The notes beneath the pieces were generated by a model. It was not told the origin of the DNA. It ran no database searches and saw nothing but the letters and a program-made list of their open reading frames with translations. The position numbers and the translations under genes were made by a program. A DNA stretch of 64,000 nucleotides from contig NC_068984.1 in NCBI RefSeq assembly GCF_001194135.2, positions 86,819,207 through 86,883,206 of the forward strand, read 5' to 3'. This document shows positions 24,514 to 38,000 of the stretch, piece after piece; positions within the stretch are counted from its first letter, which is position 1; each line of letters opens with the position of its first letter. The stretch is from Octopus bimaculoides. Its lineage: Eukaryota.

Positions 24514-25342
24514 TTGAAGGAAAGACATATTGGCTAAATGAAGTTCAGTGTGTGCTATACTTGAGAAAAGAAAATAAATGGAAAAGGTAGGATGGTCACA
24601 GCTGGAAAACCCTTGGTTATAGGTCTATATGATCGGGGTTGACTTGGGGGTGAAATAACAACTTCAGCAACAACCAAAATTGCTATAACTAATTAATACT
24701 TTCCTGATTATAGTAGTAGGTCTCATTTCATACATGTGTCATACACTCTGCTCTTGGTATAATACAGAAGCTCTTGGTTATAAACATATGCAATAATCCT
24801 CCAAACTCGATCTGCTAATTTTGGGTTTGAGATATTTAAAAATTTTACTACTTTCTCTTCCAGAACTATGTAGGTCACCTAGTAACATAGTTTATATATA
24901 CATCTAAACAGTCTTTGAACTGCCAGTTCACCTGAGATATTACCTTTTCTATTTTCTTTGTTCCTCATCTTTTATATATCTCTTCTTGAAAGATTTGCCT
25001 AGATAAAAGATAAAATTTTTGTCTTTCTCATGGGTATAAACATGATAATTTTCTAAATGTTGCACAATCTTAAACTAATATTTTATAAATCAGGCTATAA
25101 TCAGAAAGCACTTGATTTAAATTTAGATTTGTGATTTCAGTCTAAAAAAAAAAAAAAAAAGCAAACTTGTGTATTTTGAACAACTCTTTTGGTGTATAGG
25201 TGATAACGGGTAACTAATGCAAGTATGCTTTATTTTAGAAACATACCACATTAAAGACCAGAGTTTACAATTAGACTAATGAAAATATTGTCCACACATT
25301 GGGCCTATTTTCTTTTTACATTAAAATACGGCGTTATAACCC

Positions 25343-25373
<31 letters not shown>

Positions 25374-25589
25374 TATATATATAAATATTCCAAATCTCAA
25401 ATGGAAGGGATGATAAGAGAATAGAATGGAATTTGTAAAGAGTTTGGATAATACTGTAGCTCAAAATTGATGTGTGTGTGTGTGTACGTGTGTTGTGCAT
25501 GCGTGCATGTATGTATGTATGTATGCATGTATGTATGTGTGCGTATATGTATGTATAAAGTACAGTTCAACTACTATCTAAATTCCAGT

Positions 25590-25830
25590 ATAATCAGCTG
25601 CTGCTGCTGCTGGTGTTTAGATAATATACGTCACGCTCCTGCCGAAACCAAAGCCTCGTTGTGGTCTGGCTGTAGACGCCATTTTATGATCGGACTTGTC
25701 GAGAATTACTGCACTAAGTGGCAGAGGTGGTTTGAGGTGGAGCGAATTTATCGTCTCTTATTGGAAATATTTGACGTACCCCCCTCCCCAAACTTATTCT
25801 GTTGTCAAGATTCCGCTTTTTAGCCCCAAA
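25590..25830 (+). promoter_or_regulatory. CpG-rich promoter/5' UTR of RSK with YY1-like and CRE-like motifs
   Basis: Local CpG enrichment against a CpG-poor background just upstream of the RSK ATG. CGCCATTTT (YY1 consensus) at 25677-25685; TGACGTA on the - strand at about 25627-25633 and on the + strand at 25772-25778; ATTGG at 25760-25764. TSS not determinable. Confidence 0.6.
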
Positions 25831-25890
25831 ATGCCGCTGGCTCCGCTAGCAGACCCATGGAAGCGTATGGAGGTGGCGCAAGAGACTGAG
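25831..25890 (+). CDS. RPS6KA: p90 ribosomal S6 kinase (RSK), coding exon 1 (MPLAPLADPWKRMEVAQETE)
   Basis: ATG at 25831 in aaaATGc context. The peptide matches the RSK N-terminus as I recall it (human RSK2 MPLAQLADPWQKMAVE). Donor GAG|gtatta at 25891, phase 0. Confidence 0.9.
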
Positions 25891-26526
25891 GTATTACTTT
25901 CTAACATTTCCTCTTCCTACCCCTCCCTCTCTTTCACTTGAAACTTTATTCTAACTCGAAATAAAGTTGTTTTAATTAATAATTTTAAACATCTACATGA
26001 TAGAAAACCTCCGTTTTTTGATCGAGCATTAATGTTCTGCTTTGAAAACCTGCATTATATGTTTTATGTGAAATTTGTGTATATTTTTTCTTTCATTTGA
26101 CAAAGCTGGAGACGCCTATGTTATTATAGACTCAAACACGTGTATGTATGTATATGCTAGGAAATAAGTGTTCGCCTTTATTAACAACTGTTTCTTTAGA
26201 TCTGAACCCAAATAAGACGGATGTAAACCCTATTCATCTCTAAAAATATAATTGATGCACGTTTCTTTAATAAATTCTTTCTCTTTAGCTTAGCATTATT
26301 TACACATTCCATTGCATATAATTTATTTGTAATAAAGTTCCCTGAAAATGTATTATTAAATGAATTAATTTGAAATAAAGATTTCCCAATTCCCCAAGTG
26401 TTGATGGTAAATTATAGCCTATAAACAATTGTTCGTTCCTTGTATAAATAGACTTCAACGTTTATTTCTAATTCTGTTGACATTTTGTTTCGTGATGTTG
26501 ACACAAGATCTTTCTCAATCTTTTAG

Positions 26527-26565
26527 GGGGCTGCTAGCACAGAGGATATGTTAGTAGATTATCAG
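26527..26565 (+). CDS. RPS6KA: RSK coding exon 2, 39-nt micro-exon (GAASTEDMLVDYQ)
   Basis: Acceptor tttctcaatcttttag| and consensus donor CAG|gtaagt. The 39 nt are open in phase 0/0 and sit where vertebrate RSKs have a short variable exon 2. The sequence itself is not conserved, so support is from splice signals and frame. Confidence 0.75.
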
Positions 26566-28230
26566 GTAAGTGGAGTACAGTTTCATTTATTTCCATTTCC
26601 TTCCTAATTTGTAAACAAATATTTAACCAGTTTAGGTAATATTATTCACTTGGATTTTCTTCACCATTATTTTAAATCGGTCTCTAATATAATGTCTCAT
26701 CTAGAAAATACAATATGAAGTGGTTGTTTGATTTCAAATTTATCTCACATACTGCCCGTATTAAAATAATTTTCTGGTTGATCACCTTAAGATTATGCCA
26801 TCTGTTGAATGGTGAGAAACTCCACCCATTCGAAGGCCTGTACACCTGCTTATCAATATGGATATTTATTTTCGAGTTATTTGCACGTGCCTTTTTTTTT
26901 TTTCTCATTGCACTGGCTGCTTCTTTCTTCATACAAAAACGACCATTCCTCTTAACCATGGTTCTTATGAAATTCCGACAATGCTACTATCGGCTTCGTC
27001 TACATTCAAATCTTACAATGATTCCTCTTTCTTGAATATAATTTAGTATAAAATCTAAAGATTTAGCCGTGTTTTCACCATATTTATAAATGTTTTGACA
27101 TTTTTTATAAATATTTTCGTTATCATTTTTTTGTTTTATTTTTTTATTTACATATCCGGAAATGACTTATTTAGATTAAATAAAACGTCAGAATTTTTGT
27201 TTATAGTTAAGCCGAATCTTTCATAGTCTTAATAGTATCTTACGATTTCTCTAGTGTAACCACAGCTTTCTGCTATACAAAATTATCGAAGCAGCAGCCA
27301 CGAATAAAAAAAAAATCTCCAGTAACAAGATAAGGTCGGTTGCGATAGCTTAAGCCATTTCTCCAGTATGATGAATAACATTCCTTCAGTGCTTCTTCTA
27401 CAGTACTGCAATGTCAAGGCCTGCTACCTGTGTCTACTTGCTTCATCCTGCCTCTTAACGTTCTTTTAAAGAAAATGTTTCTTCTATATTCTTCCAAGAA
27501 TTTTTTTTAGCAGACTATTTATTCCTCTGCGGGGGTTTTTGTCTTCCTTTTTCTTCTTTCCAATCTACTAACTAGCAGAGTTAGTTTTATTTTTAGTCAT
27601 CTAATTTTTTTTTATTGTTCTACATTACTTCACGACTCCACCCAGCTACTAATGCAGACCGATGTACTCTATACTCTTCATTTCACAACTGATATATATT
27701 TTCAAGTATTTTCCGTACTAAGAATCTGTAATTTATCGATTAAGTAACGTTAGAAAGTTCCGATCACGATTGCTAGTGGTTCGTCAAAAAGTATCGACTT
27801 TAAGCAATTTCTGGTTATGCGGTGGAAACTCACAAAATTGATATTTCTACCTGCTGGTTTTGTCTTCTGCCCATTAATAAATTAATTTTCCTCTGTACCT
27901 ATTACTTATTTTCTCCATGTTTAATATTCTCATAAGTCTTTGGTAGTGTGCCCACTGAAGCTTCCGTTGCCTCTGTTCATATTGGTTCTCTTGAAAATTT
28001 TCGAACTTCACCTGTTTATTTATAATGTAACCATCTGTGTAATGGAGTCTGGATAATTAGTATGTAGTAATATAGGAGTCTGGAGGTTTCCCATTACTAT
28101 TAGTTGATTATTAGATTCATACTCTTGGTTGTCTTTGAACAATCTAATTCTGCTATTATCCACCATTTTCTAACTTGAAAATTAGCCCGGAGATCGGTGG
28201 CTGTGTTTATGACCTATTTCTCCGGAAAAG

Positions 28231-28285
<55 letters not shown>

Positions 28286-31200
28286 TGCACACAATTAATA
28301 TCCTCATAGTGTTGTATTATGAATCTTTTATTAATGATTAACATTAAATTAAAAACTTTTGATGACGTAATAAAACTGTATTTATTTAGTTTAAGTTTTT
28401 TTTATAAATATACTTTATTCAGAGGTCTTGTGAAATTAGCTACCCTATTTCTTAATTTATTTTGGACCCAGCGTTATTATGCCAGTATTGAACTTGATAG
28501 AGCTCCGTTTTCCCCCCTGTTAAAACTATCATGTAGTTAGTGAATTACAAGCCGGAGAGGTTTCAGTGAATACTGACTTCTATCGCCTAGAGGAGAAATC
28601 TTTTGCATTCCATTGAGGTGTTTGATTCACCACATTAACAGCTACATTTCATTTGATCTAGTTTTTTTTTTATTCATTCGAATATTCAGTGTGGGTTTAT
28701 TTTGTTTTCTGGAAAACATTCAACCTACTTTCAGACTGAGAATATATTTAGGTAAAAGAATATATCAATTTTAAGATATATAATGAAAAGGCTAGTAAGT
28801 TTTAAATCTTTATATACTTCTTGTAGACATGCCGGTGAGCTGCCTTAAGTCAACTGTATCTTTGATATAATTAAAATTGGTTCTTAGATCTTACTGTTGG
28901 AGTTTAAGTTATTGATATTTGACAGTTTATACCTGTATGTACAGTGAACATGAAACTTAGACTAACAAAAGGTAGTATACAATTTGATCGTGTATAACAT
29001 TGGTTTTTCACAACAGCTCAAATTATAGGAGGATGGATATAGTTAATTGAATCAACTCAGTTCAAGACTAGTACTTCAGATAAGTTCAGGAGGGATGAAG
29101 AGCAAATTTGACTCAGTATTTGAACTTGGAATGTAAAATGTTAGTGAAAACGGCATTGATTTCCACTACTGTCACCATTTTCTCCACTGCTCAGATCAAA
29201 TGAATTACTTTTGAGAAATTGGTTAATTGTATACTATTTTGTTATGATAGAAAGTTAGGATTTTGACAGATAGGACCGGCTGTCATTTCTCTCTTGTTGG
29301 CAGATGTAGGTTTGTTGGGAAAATTCAACAATTTGTCTGAGCAAATTATTTTACACAACAGTATCTTTTGAACTGATTTGTTTACTTTAGCAAATGGTTA
29401 ATTCTGGAATTAGACATTGTTTAGTATTCAGTTACACGAACTGAACTAAGTGGAATCTATAATCTTTAGGTTGTCTATGAAATGTAGGTTAAATGCCTCG
29501 TGTTTCCCTTATAAAGGCTTACTCAAAGACTTTCTGCAAGGAGCCTTTATGTGGGTACTCAACTTGCAAGAAATAGTAGCTAACATTTATCACAACATAC
29601 TATCTGGAAAATGTTGTCTTGAGAGCACTGTACTTTGCAAAAAAAAATGGGATTGTCATGGTTAGTATATCTTTGATCATAGATATGCTTTATGCAGGGC
29701 TGAACAACTAATATTTGAGACAATACTGTGGAAATAGCCAACTGTAAAAATAAGAGAATAATCACCCCCATCTCCAAGGTTAACAACACTGAACTAGAAC
29801 TGGGCCTTACAAAAACTGAGGAACTCTTTTGGTGAATGTTCATTGTTGGCAGAACAAAAACTGCATTACATAGCCAGACCTTTGTCTTCAAAACCAGACA
29901 GTACTATTCCCCAATAACTATTAACTTTCTATGAAGCTCAGGTGAGTCCTACTATTAAGTATTACTTCAACATTTGAGATAGTGCTACTGACATTCAAAG
30001 AAAGACCACTTAACTGGTTGGCATGAAATTGCTCACAAACACATGCCAACCTCTGGCCCACAAACATACTGTCTCCTCTTCCTACCTTTTCTGTTGGTGC
30101 TACATGAGCCCCTGCTCCTCGCAGCTGGCTAGTTTTGTACCATCTCCTGTCAAGTACTTCCAGCAGACTTGTCACTCTCTCTCCATCCATGTTGCTTTCA
30201 GCTTCCTATGTCTGGACTAACCTTTATGACTAGTCCTTCCTCTCTGGTGTGTCAGTCCTCTGAAATTCCCTCTCAGCACATATATCTCCTGCAGCCATTG
30301 GCTTGCTACTGTTCAAGATGAATGTTAATGACATCAGTCTCACTGGTCTTAAAAAGACTGCAAAAGGCATAGGTAGAGCCTCTTCTAACAAAAATGTTTT
30401 CCATTCTGGGAAGTTTACACTATGATATACCATGACTCTTTACAGTCTTGTGTTGTCTCATCTGATCTTGCCAGTTTTCTTCTCATTCCTGATCTAGGAA
30501 ATATAAATATTAAAGAACATTGTATATGTGATGACATGCATATAAGTACATTCTGTAATTAATATATTACAAATAAAATATGAGCCATGTAAGTTTGAAC
30601 TGCATAGTAGAGTGGGACAAATAAGTGCGACCTTCTTTTACTTGTTTAGTCATTGTACTGCTTTGAGGGCTTAGTCAAACAAATCCACCCCAGTGTATTT
30701 TTTAAAGTTTAGTATTCTATCAGTCTCTTGTTGAACAGATAAATTATGTGGATGTAAACAAACTCCAGTTGTCAAGCAGTAGTGGACAGACATAACATAG
30801 AGACAGACAGACATACATGCATACATATATTTATACTATGGGCTTCCACGGTTACCATCTACCAAATTCACTCAAAGCATTGGGCTGCCCATGGATATAG
30901 TAGGAGACATTTGCCCAAGGAGTCACACAGTGCGACTGAACCCAAAACCATGTGGTAGCAAAGCAAGCTTTTTAAGCACACGACCATGCCTTGACAGCTT
31001 CCATCTACTAAATTCATTCACAAGGCATTACTCAACCCAAGGCCATAGAAGAAGGCATATACTCAAAGTGCCACAAAGTAGGATAGAACTTGAAACCACA
31101 TTGTTGCTAGGTGAGCTTCTTAACCAGACAGTCATTAACTTAATATACAATAATTGTCATTACAGTTAGATTTATTTAGATAATATAAAATATTCTTTTC

Positions 31201-34200
31201 TACTCTAGGCACAAGGCCTGAAATTTTTGGGGAGGAGCCGGTTGATTAGATCGACCCCAGTATGCAGCTGGTACTTAATTTATTGACCCTGAAAGGATGA
31301 AAGGCAAAGTCGACCTCTGCAGAATTTGAACTCAGAACGAAATACTGCTAAGCATTTCACTCGGCATGCTAATGTTTCTGCTAGCTCACTGCCTTAGATA
31401 ATATAAAATATTATCTAGTGTAGATAACCGTCAAAAGTTACGTAGTCTAGGCAAATTTATCTCCATCAATATTTTTATACTAATTACTATAGTGTTGATT
31501 GGTATGTGTACACCAATTTTCTGGACACTGATGGTCTGGAACCTCTTATAATCCTCACTAATTCACAAACAGGAACCTGAAATTCCTGCAGATGCCAGAT
31601 TAATTTACTGGTACTTAACACAGACTAGTGCCTTGCACAGTGCAATATTAATAAACTTGTATCATTTATAATAATGTACAGGTACCTGTTTTTCATTTAA
31701 ATATTTAAGTAAATTTAATATTTGTTTAATTTAGAGTGTTTTGACTAATTCCTGGTTCAGAAAAAGATCAGTAATTCAGAGCAGCTTTGCAACCAAAGGT
31801 TTCAGAAAATTGATGTTGTACCTGTGATATGCATGAGATAACTAACATTTTTTTCTGGTTGTCATTATTGACAGTTGTAAGGTGGTGATCTAGCTGTGTC
31901 AGTAGAGTGTTAGATAGAATGCCTTGCACTCTATGTCCCAACTTTATGGTGTTCAAATCTTGCCAAACTCAGCGTTGCTTTTCATCTTTTTGGGGGTCAT
32001 TGAAAAAAAAATGTACCTGTGCAGGTACTTTTGGTGGATTGGGTTGGTGAAACTGTTAGAACATCAGCCTAGATGCCTTGTGTTTGTTCTGGTTTGCATT
32101 CTGACAGCAACGGTTGTGATGACACTGATGTCAAGATATATTAGCCCCAAAGCTGCAGCTTGCCTTTGTACAACATTGATGTTGTGAAAAAGGGAGACTT
32201 ATGTGTATAGGCAAAGGCCAAACTTCCCTCAAAAATAAGAATAAAATCCCTTGTCCCCATGCTTGTGCATAAAGGTGCAGATAAATGTTCAACTCTGAAA
32301 GATGGAAACCCCAGAAATATGTAAGTTGTAAAACAGTTCAAATAATTCTATATAGATCAACCCATCTGATATAAAAAAAAAAAGGTTAATGAAAAGAACT
32401 TGCCTATAATGCAGCATAATTAATAAAAAACCATAGCTTAGTTGAATTTTTAGTGATAGGAAAATTGTTGTTTTATCCGGGTCATAATATCATAAATTGT
32501 TCAGCAAGAGGTTACAAATAAGCTCGATTGCTGGTGGTGCATTTTTACACTACTAGTTATACTCTCTGCAGGGATGGGCTCTTGTCAAGCTGACTTGGCA
32601 TGACACTATATGAAGATGGTATTCAATAATGCCTCACTTCCTCATTAAAGGTTGTGGGTGTTTCCATAGTATAATTGCTGCACTATTTATTTAGGGATTG
32701 TGCCAGTTAAACTCTTTGTTGGATTGACATTATTAATCTGGAGGTATTTTTCACTGAAACATAGTAATATTTTACAATATTTTCTCTTTTAGAAACTTTT
32801 TTTTATATGACAGATAATAGTTCTATATTTCATGTGACAAATAGTAATACTATAATTTATAATATAAACAGTTGTGTTGTAATCTTTCTATAATTCATTT
32901 AAATAATCCTGAAGAAGTGTTTGCACTCTGTTGTGTAACATAATTATAGAGATCATTTCGGGGAAGCCCATTTTGGTTGATTGTATTGGCAATTGTACCG
33001 TTCAGTTATTACTTTATATTCATGACTCTAGGTAAAAATAAGCATGAAATCTTGTTATATCATTGTTATACATTATAGAATTCAGCAACTTCTAAAATAT
33101 GTTAGAATAGAAAAAACAAGGTTACAAGTAAAGGTAATAGAAAAATTATTTGCTAAATAAAAAGATGCAGGCAAAACTGTTTGGTTAAGTTTTCTTTGCT
33201 AGCACATGGTTCGGTCATACTGTACAGAATCTTAGGTGAGTGCCTTCTGTTATAGCACCAGGTTGACCAAAGCCTTGTCAGAGAAACGTGGCTGACAAAC
33301 TGCCAAAGCCTGTCATCTACAGGGTACATCAAGCACACATTCAACAAAAAAAATCAGAGAAATGAGCCTATCAGTGAAACCACTACCAGCCCTAATGGCT
33401 ATCTTAATATGACTGTGGAAATTACTGCATACCAGAATCAAGTGGTTCCTTTCTATGCTATTCATGATGTCAACTGCCAACAAGTTCATGGTGCTGTGGA
33501 GAGGTGAGATTTGTTTTCTCTCCCAATGACACCTTGGATGCAGCAGTCGTTTGGGTTCAAATTGGGAGAGCTAGAATGCCACATGTTCAAATAGTTTTTC
33601 TGGGTTGTCTCACACATAACTGTCCTCTCTCATTTAGGCCTTGTATCTGATATTCTTCTGTACAACACATCTGAAAGTTGTCTGTTGACACCATCACTTT
33701 GAGCTACCTAGTGAGAACTTTCATTGACCTGCTAGGATTGTTGCTATGATGACCTGGACATCCTGTTGATGTCTAACTCAGCCATCCTGTTGATGTCTAA
33801 CTCTTGAGAATGTTTCTTTCTCTTAGCCTTGGATAACACATCCCCCATCAAGGACCTCCAGCTCTATCCTGACTCTGGATACAAGAGCTAGTTATTCTCA
33901 GTTATTGTAGTTGGTAGCTAGAGTCATGAACATAGTGTGCTTTTTTCAGTTATTTTGTCAGACTGGAATCTGTTGTGTGTTGATGCTGATGATATATTTG
34001 AAAGAAAAATGAGAAAAGTTAAAATTTAGTGCCTGCTGTATTACATAAGGTTGTTTTTATATGACCTACTAAAGTTTGTTCACAAATACCTGGCACATTC
34101 TGTATGTGTGCGTGTTTTTATGCTGGTCTAAAGAGCTGTGTTGTGTCCCTTTATAACCTGTAATTAAGTAGTTTTTTTCCAATATGAATTTATAAAATAA

Positions 34201-34639
34201 GTTCTACACTAAAATAAGTCCTGGGGTCAAAATGATCAAGTAACAAGTAAAACCTTTTAAAAGCAATGCACTAGCATGGTTGCAATCCATTACCAGTATT
34301 GTAATTTGCATGTGTTCCAGCTGAGAGAATTTTCCTGAGAGTACAACATTTAACAGTTTGTGGCACAACCCACAGATTTATTTATCCCATACCATCATTT
34401 GGGCAGCTTGCCAATTTAGGTATTAATAACGTAGCAATTACGCTTGTATAAAAAATATTTATTTAAAGGTGGTTTTCATCTTTATCATGCTTCAATTTGG
34501 CATCTTGTAATATTTTATACAAGTGGAGCAGTTCAAAGGAAAGGAAAGCAAAATGTTACCAGAGTTATTAATTGGACTAGATTTTATCAAGAATTGTTAA
34601 ATAAGTCTTTTCATATTATTGTGTGATTAACTATTATTA

Positions 34640-35007
34640 CTCTTTTACTTGTTTCAGTCATTTGACTGTGGCCATGCTGGAGCACCGCCTTTTAGTTGAG
34701 CTAATCGACCCCAGGACTTATTCTTTGGAAGCCTAGTACTTATTCTATCGGTCTCTTTAGCCGAACCGCTAAGTTGCAGGGACGTAAACACACCAGCATC
34801 GGTTGTCAAGCGATGTTGGGGGGACAAACAGACACACACACATACATATATATATATACGGCAGGCTTCTTTCAGTTTCCGTCGACCAAATCCACTCACA
34901 AGGCTTTGGTCGGCCCGAGGCTATAGTAGACACTTGCCCAAGGTGCCACACCGTGGGACTGAACCCGGAACCATGTGGTTGAGAAGCAAGCTACTTACCA
35001 CACAGAC
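34640..35007 (-). mobile_element. Abundant tRNA-derived composite SINE with internal (TA)n/(CA)n tract
   Basis: Head gtgtggtaag...GGTTCAGTCCC, core ccttgggcaagtgtc, 3' part ...cagtcaaatgactgaaacaagtaaaagag. Homologous copies at about 5640-5830, 6290-6440, 8400-8650, 30640-30990, 36640-36770, 37735-38000, 44155-44525, 48230-48400, 50955-51290, 51350-51720, 51943-52330 and 62990-63180. Confidence 0.85.
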
Positions 35008-38000
35008 AGTAATATAACTAAATGTAAATGAAGAAAAGAAATTAAAAGGTTTTTTTTTTTTTTTTTTACATGAAGCCAAAGCATATATTTATCTTCATTT
35101 AATGCTTACTTACACAGGGTAGCCCTATTTAGAATGTATTTTCAAAATTGTTTAGTCTTTTAATTTTTGTTCATTGTTTAAACTTAAGTATATCCTTAAC
35201 CTTCTCATGTGAACATTTTGACCTATCTTCATTGTAGTTAGCTACATACTGATACCTTGCCCTTCATTCATTTCTCATTGTGCTCTGCTGGTTACTTAAA
35301 TCTTTTTCTTATGAGTGGCACCTTATTACTTCTGAATCATAATTGCATTATTGCAAGCTGTTTTATATAACATGCATTTGTGAACAATAGCCTTGATGAT
35401 TAGACATTTGAAATCAGATGGGTCTTCAATGAGGCAGTCACAGGTTCACTACACTTCACTGGTAAAATGAAGATGCTAGATTATAAGAACATGTCTGTTC
35501 AATTTGATTGACCAGGTGACCTGCTAGCAAAGATGATCAACATTGTCATTGCAACTCTGTTAATTGTTTTATCTAGAAAACAATTGACTGAACCCTGTCA
35601 CTGCAAAACACTTTTTGGCACAAGAATAGGCAACTTTTTGCAGGCCCACAGTTACTTGATTGACTCTGAGCCTATTAAATCTAACTACATTATGTATCCA
35701 GGGAATCTTGTTTCTTGTGTTTGTACATATCCCATCTTCATATTTCATTGCTACATATTTGAGGCACTTTTGTATCCTGCTACTCACATATATTTTATGA
35801 CAAACCTGGTCTTTGGAAATGATTTCTGTTGAATTTTTCTTTTGCATAAATCTCTTATTCCCCCCCGCCTTTTTTTCCTTTTCTTGTTCCATTGGCCTGG
35901 ATTAGATGGATTTTGCTAGCCCCCTTGTTCAGCCCTCCTCCATTATCAATCCTGGAAGGATAAAAGATAAATTTAACCTTGGCAGATGTGATCTAAGAAT
36001 ACTAAAACCTGAAACAGTTATTGCAAAACATTGTTTGACACTTTACCAATTCTGTCAACTGTCTTTCTCTAATCTCTACCATCTTGTACAAGTAGCTATT
36101 TACTAGTTTTGATGATGCCAGTATCTAATTTTACTTATTCTAGCCTTACTTGAAACTAACCACTAACTTACTATGCCTAAGAAATCTTTACATGCTTATT
36201 TGAACTGCTAAAAGTAGCTGCCAAATTTCCCTTGAATCACACCTGACTATTATCATGGTGAATACTAAAAAAATAGATTGGTCATTGTTCAAATCCCCTT
36301 TAACACAGACCTGCTCAACGAGGGCTGGTTTGGGGAAAAACAACTACCTCACTTCTCTGCAAATGCAAGGCTTTACTGTAATTGGTTTTCTTTTACAGTG
36401 ATGTCATAAAACAGTATCGAAAATTTAGGTCCTCTTCAGAATATACAAAAAATACTTAAGCTTTGAACAACTTTAGAATTCTATATAAAGTACAATTGTA
36501 CCCAGTGTCTTAGTAATACTGTAATAATGCTCATATATCAGATATTCTTCAGATATCATGAATAAACAATCAATTGCATCTAGAAAAAAATATTAGTTTA
36601 CTTTACTTCACTGAGCTATGATCCTTTTTTGTTTCTCTTACTACTACAGTCTCTTTTGCCAAACTGCTAAGTTACAGGAACATAAACACACCCACACCAG
36701 AGTTGTCAAGCAATGATGGGGAATACATACACACATACATGACTGGCTTCTTTCAGTTTCCATCTACCAAACAAAAAAAATCTCTGCTCCTTTAGATTGT
36801 TGATTGTACACTTCACGACTTAAATCAATGGTTCTCAACCATTCTTTATTTATGGATCCCGTTGATCATTGTTTTATTTTGTGAACCCCCTCAGCCATTC
36901 GATGTTTAAAAACTAGTTTTTTGTGATACATCTTTCAAAATTCCTGTTTTATTATTTGCACATTCAATTGCATATGTTGAACTATGTAAAATGTTAGAGA
37001 AAGAAGCTGAGCTGTTTCTTGCAATAAATATATCTAAAGCAAAACTTTTCCATGAACCCTTAAAATACTACTGTGCATTCCCAGTTTACTATTTGGCTTA
37101 TGTGGACTCTCAAAAACCACTGACTTCAATAAATTCAATATACTTTTCTTTCCATGCACATCTTTCTTCTCCTCATATTACCTCTAGTCAGAACCTATTT
37201 TTTTTTTCCTCATAGAATTTTATTCTTGGAGATCTTAGCTTGTCCATGTTTTCCCTTCCAATAACTAATCTACTTTTTTTTTGTCTGATTTTCTGAAATG
37301 AGACATTATCATTGTCATCAGCATCATAATTGGACTTGTGGCTATCTACATCTTGCTTATTATAATCACAATGTTTCACCCATTATACACTCTGGCCTTC
37401 TTCAGGTACCATAGGTATCTGAAGAAGACCAGAGTGTATTCAGAAACTCTCCTAGAATTTCCAACTGAAACTTTTATTAAATCTATTGTGTAGTGGATAC
37501 AAGCATTGATTTAGTTCAAGAACCAACCAACCAATGAAGACTCTGGATTAATCAGAACAAGCAAGTGATATCACAAATAGCAGAATATTTCTGGTTTGGT
37601 TAACAGAAGAAGAATTCACCTCCTGAAGAAGGTTAGAGTGTACAAAATGTCATGACTGACTATAACAACCAAGCCTGAATATGTATATAAAAATCTGTTA
37701 CAGCCAAAACTAAATGCAAAAGCCTTATCTATCTTTTATCTTTTACTTGTTTCAGTCAAGCCGCTAAGTTACAGGAACATAAACACACCCACACCAGAAT
37801 TGTCAAGCAATGATGGATAATACACACACACACACACACATATACATGATGAGCTTCTTTCAGTTTCCATCCACCAAATCCACTCACAAGGCTTTGGTTG
37901 GCCTAAGGCTATAACACTTGCCCAAGGTGTTACACAATGGGACTGAACATGGAACTATGTAGTTGGGAAGCAAGCTTCTTATCATAGCTATGCCTGTGCC

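Noticed and set aside
26684-28200. ORFs at 26684-27046 and coding-like sequence at 27300-28200 as a nested gene
   Set aside because: Many stops in all frames. It looks like very old transposon debris (possibly Tc1-like and endonuclease-like), but no motif is clear enough to call.
35533-35892. Overlapping 99-aa and 107-aa ORFs in RSK intron 2
   Set aside because: No domain recognised and no flanking splice logic; lengths are compatible with chance or decayed repeats.
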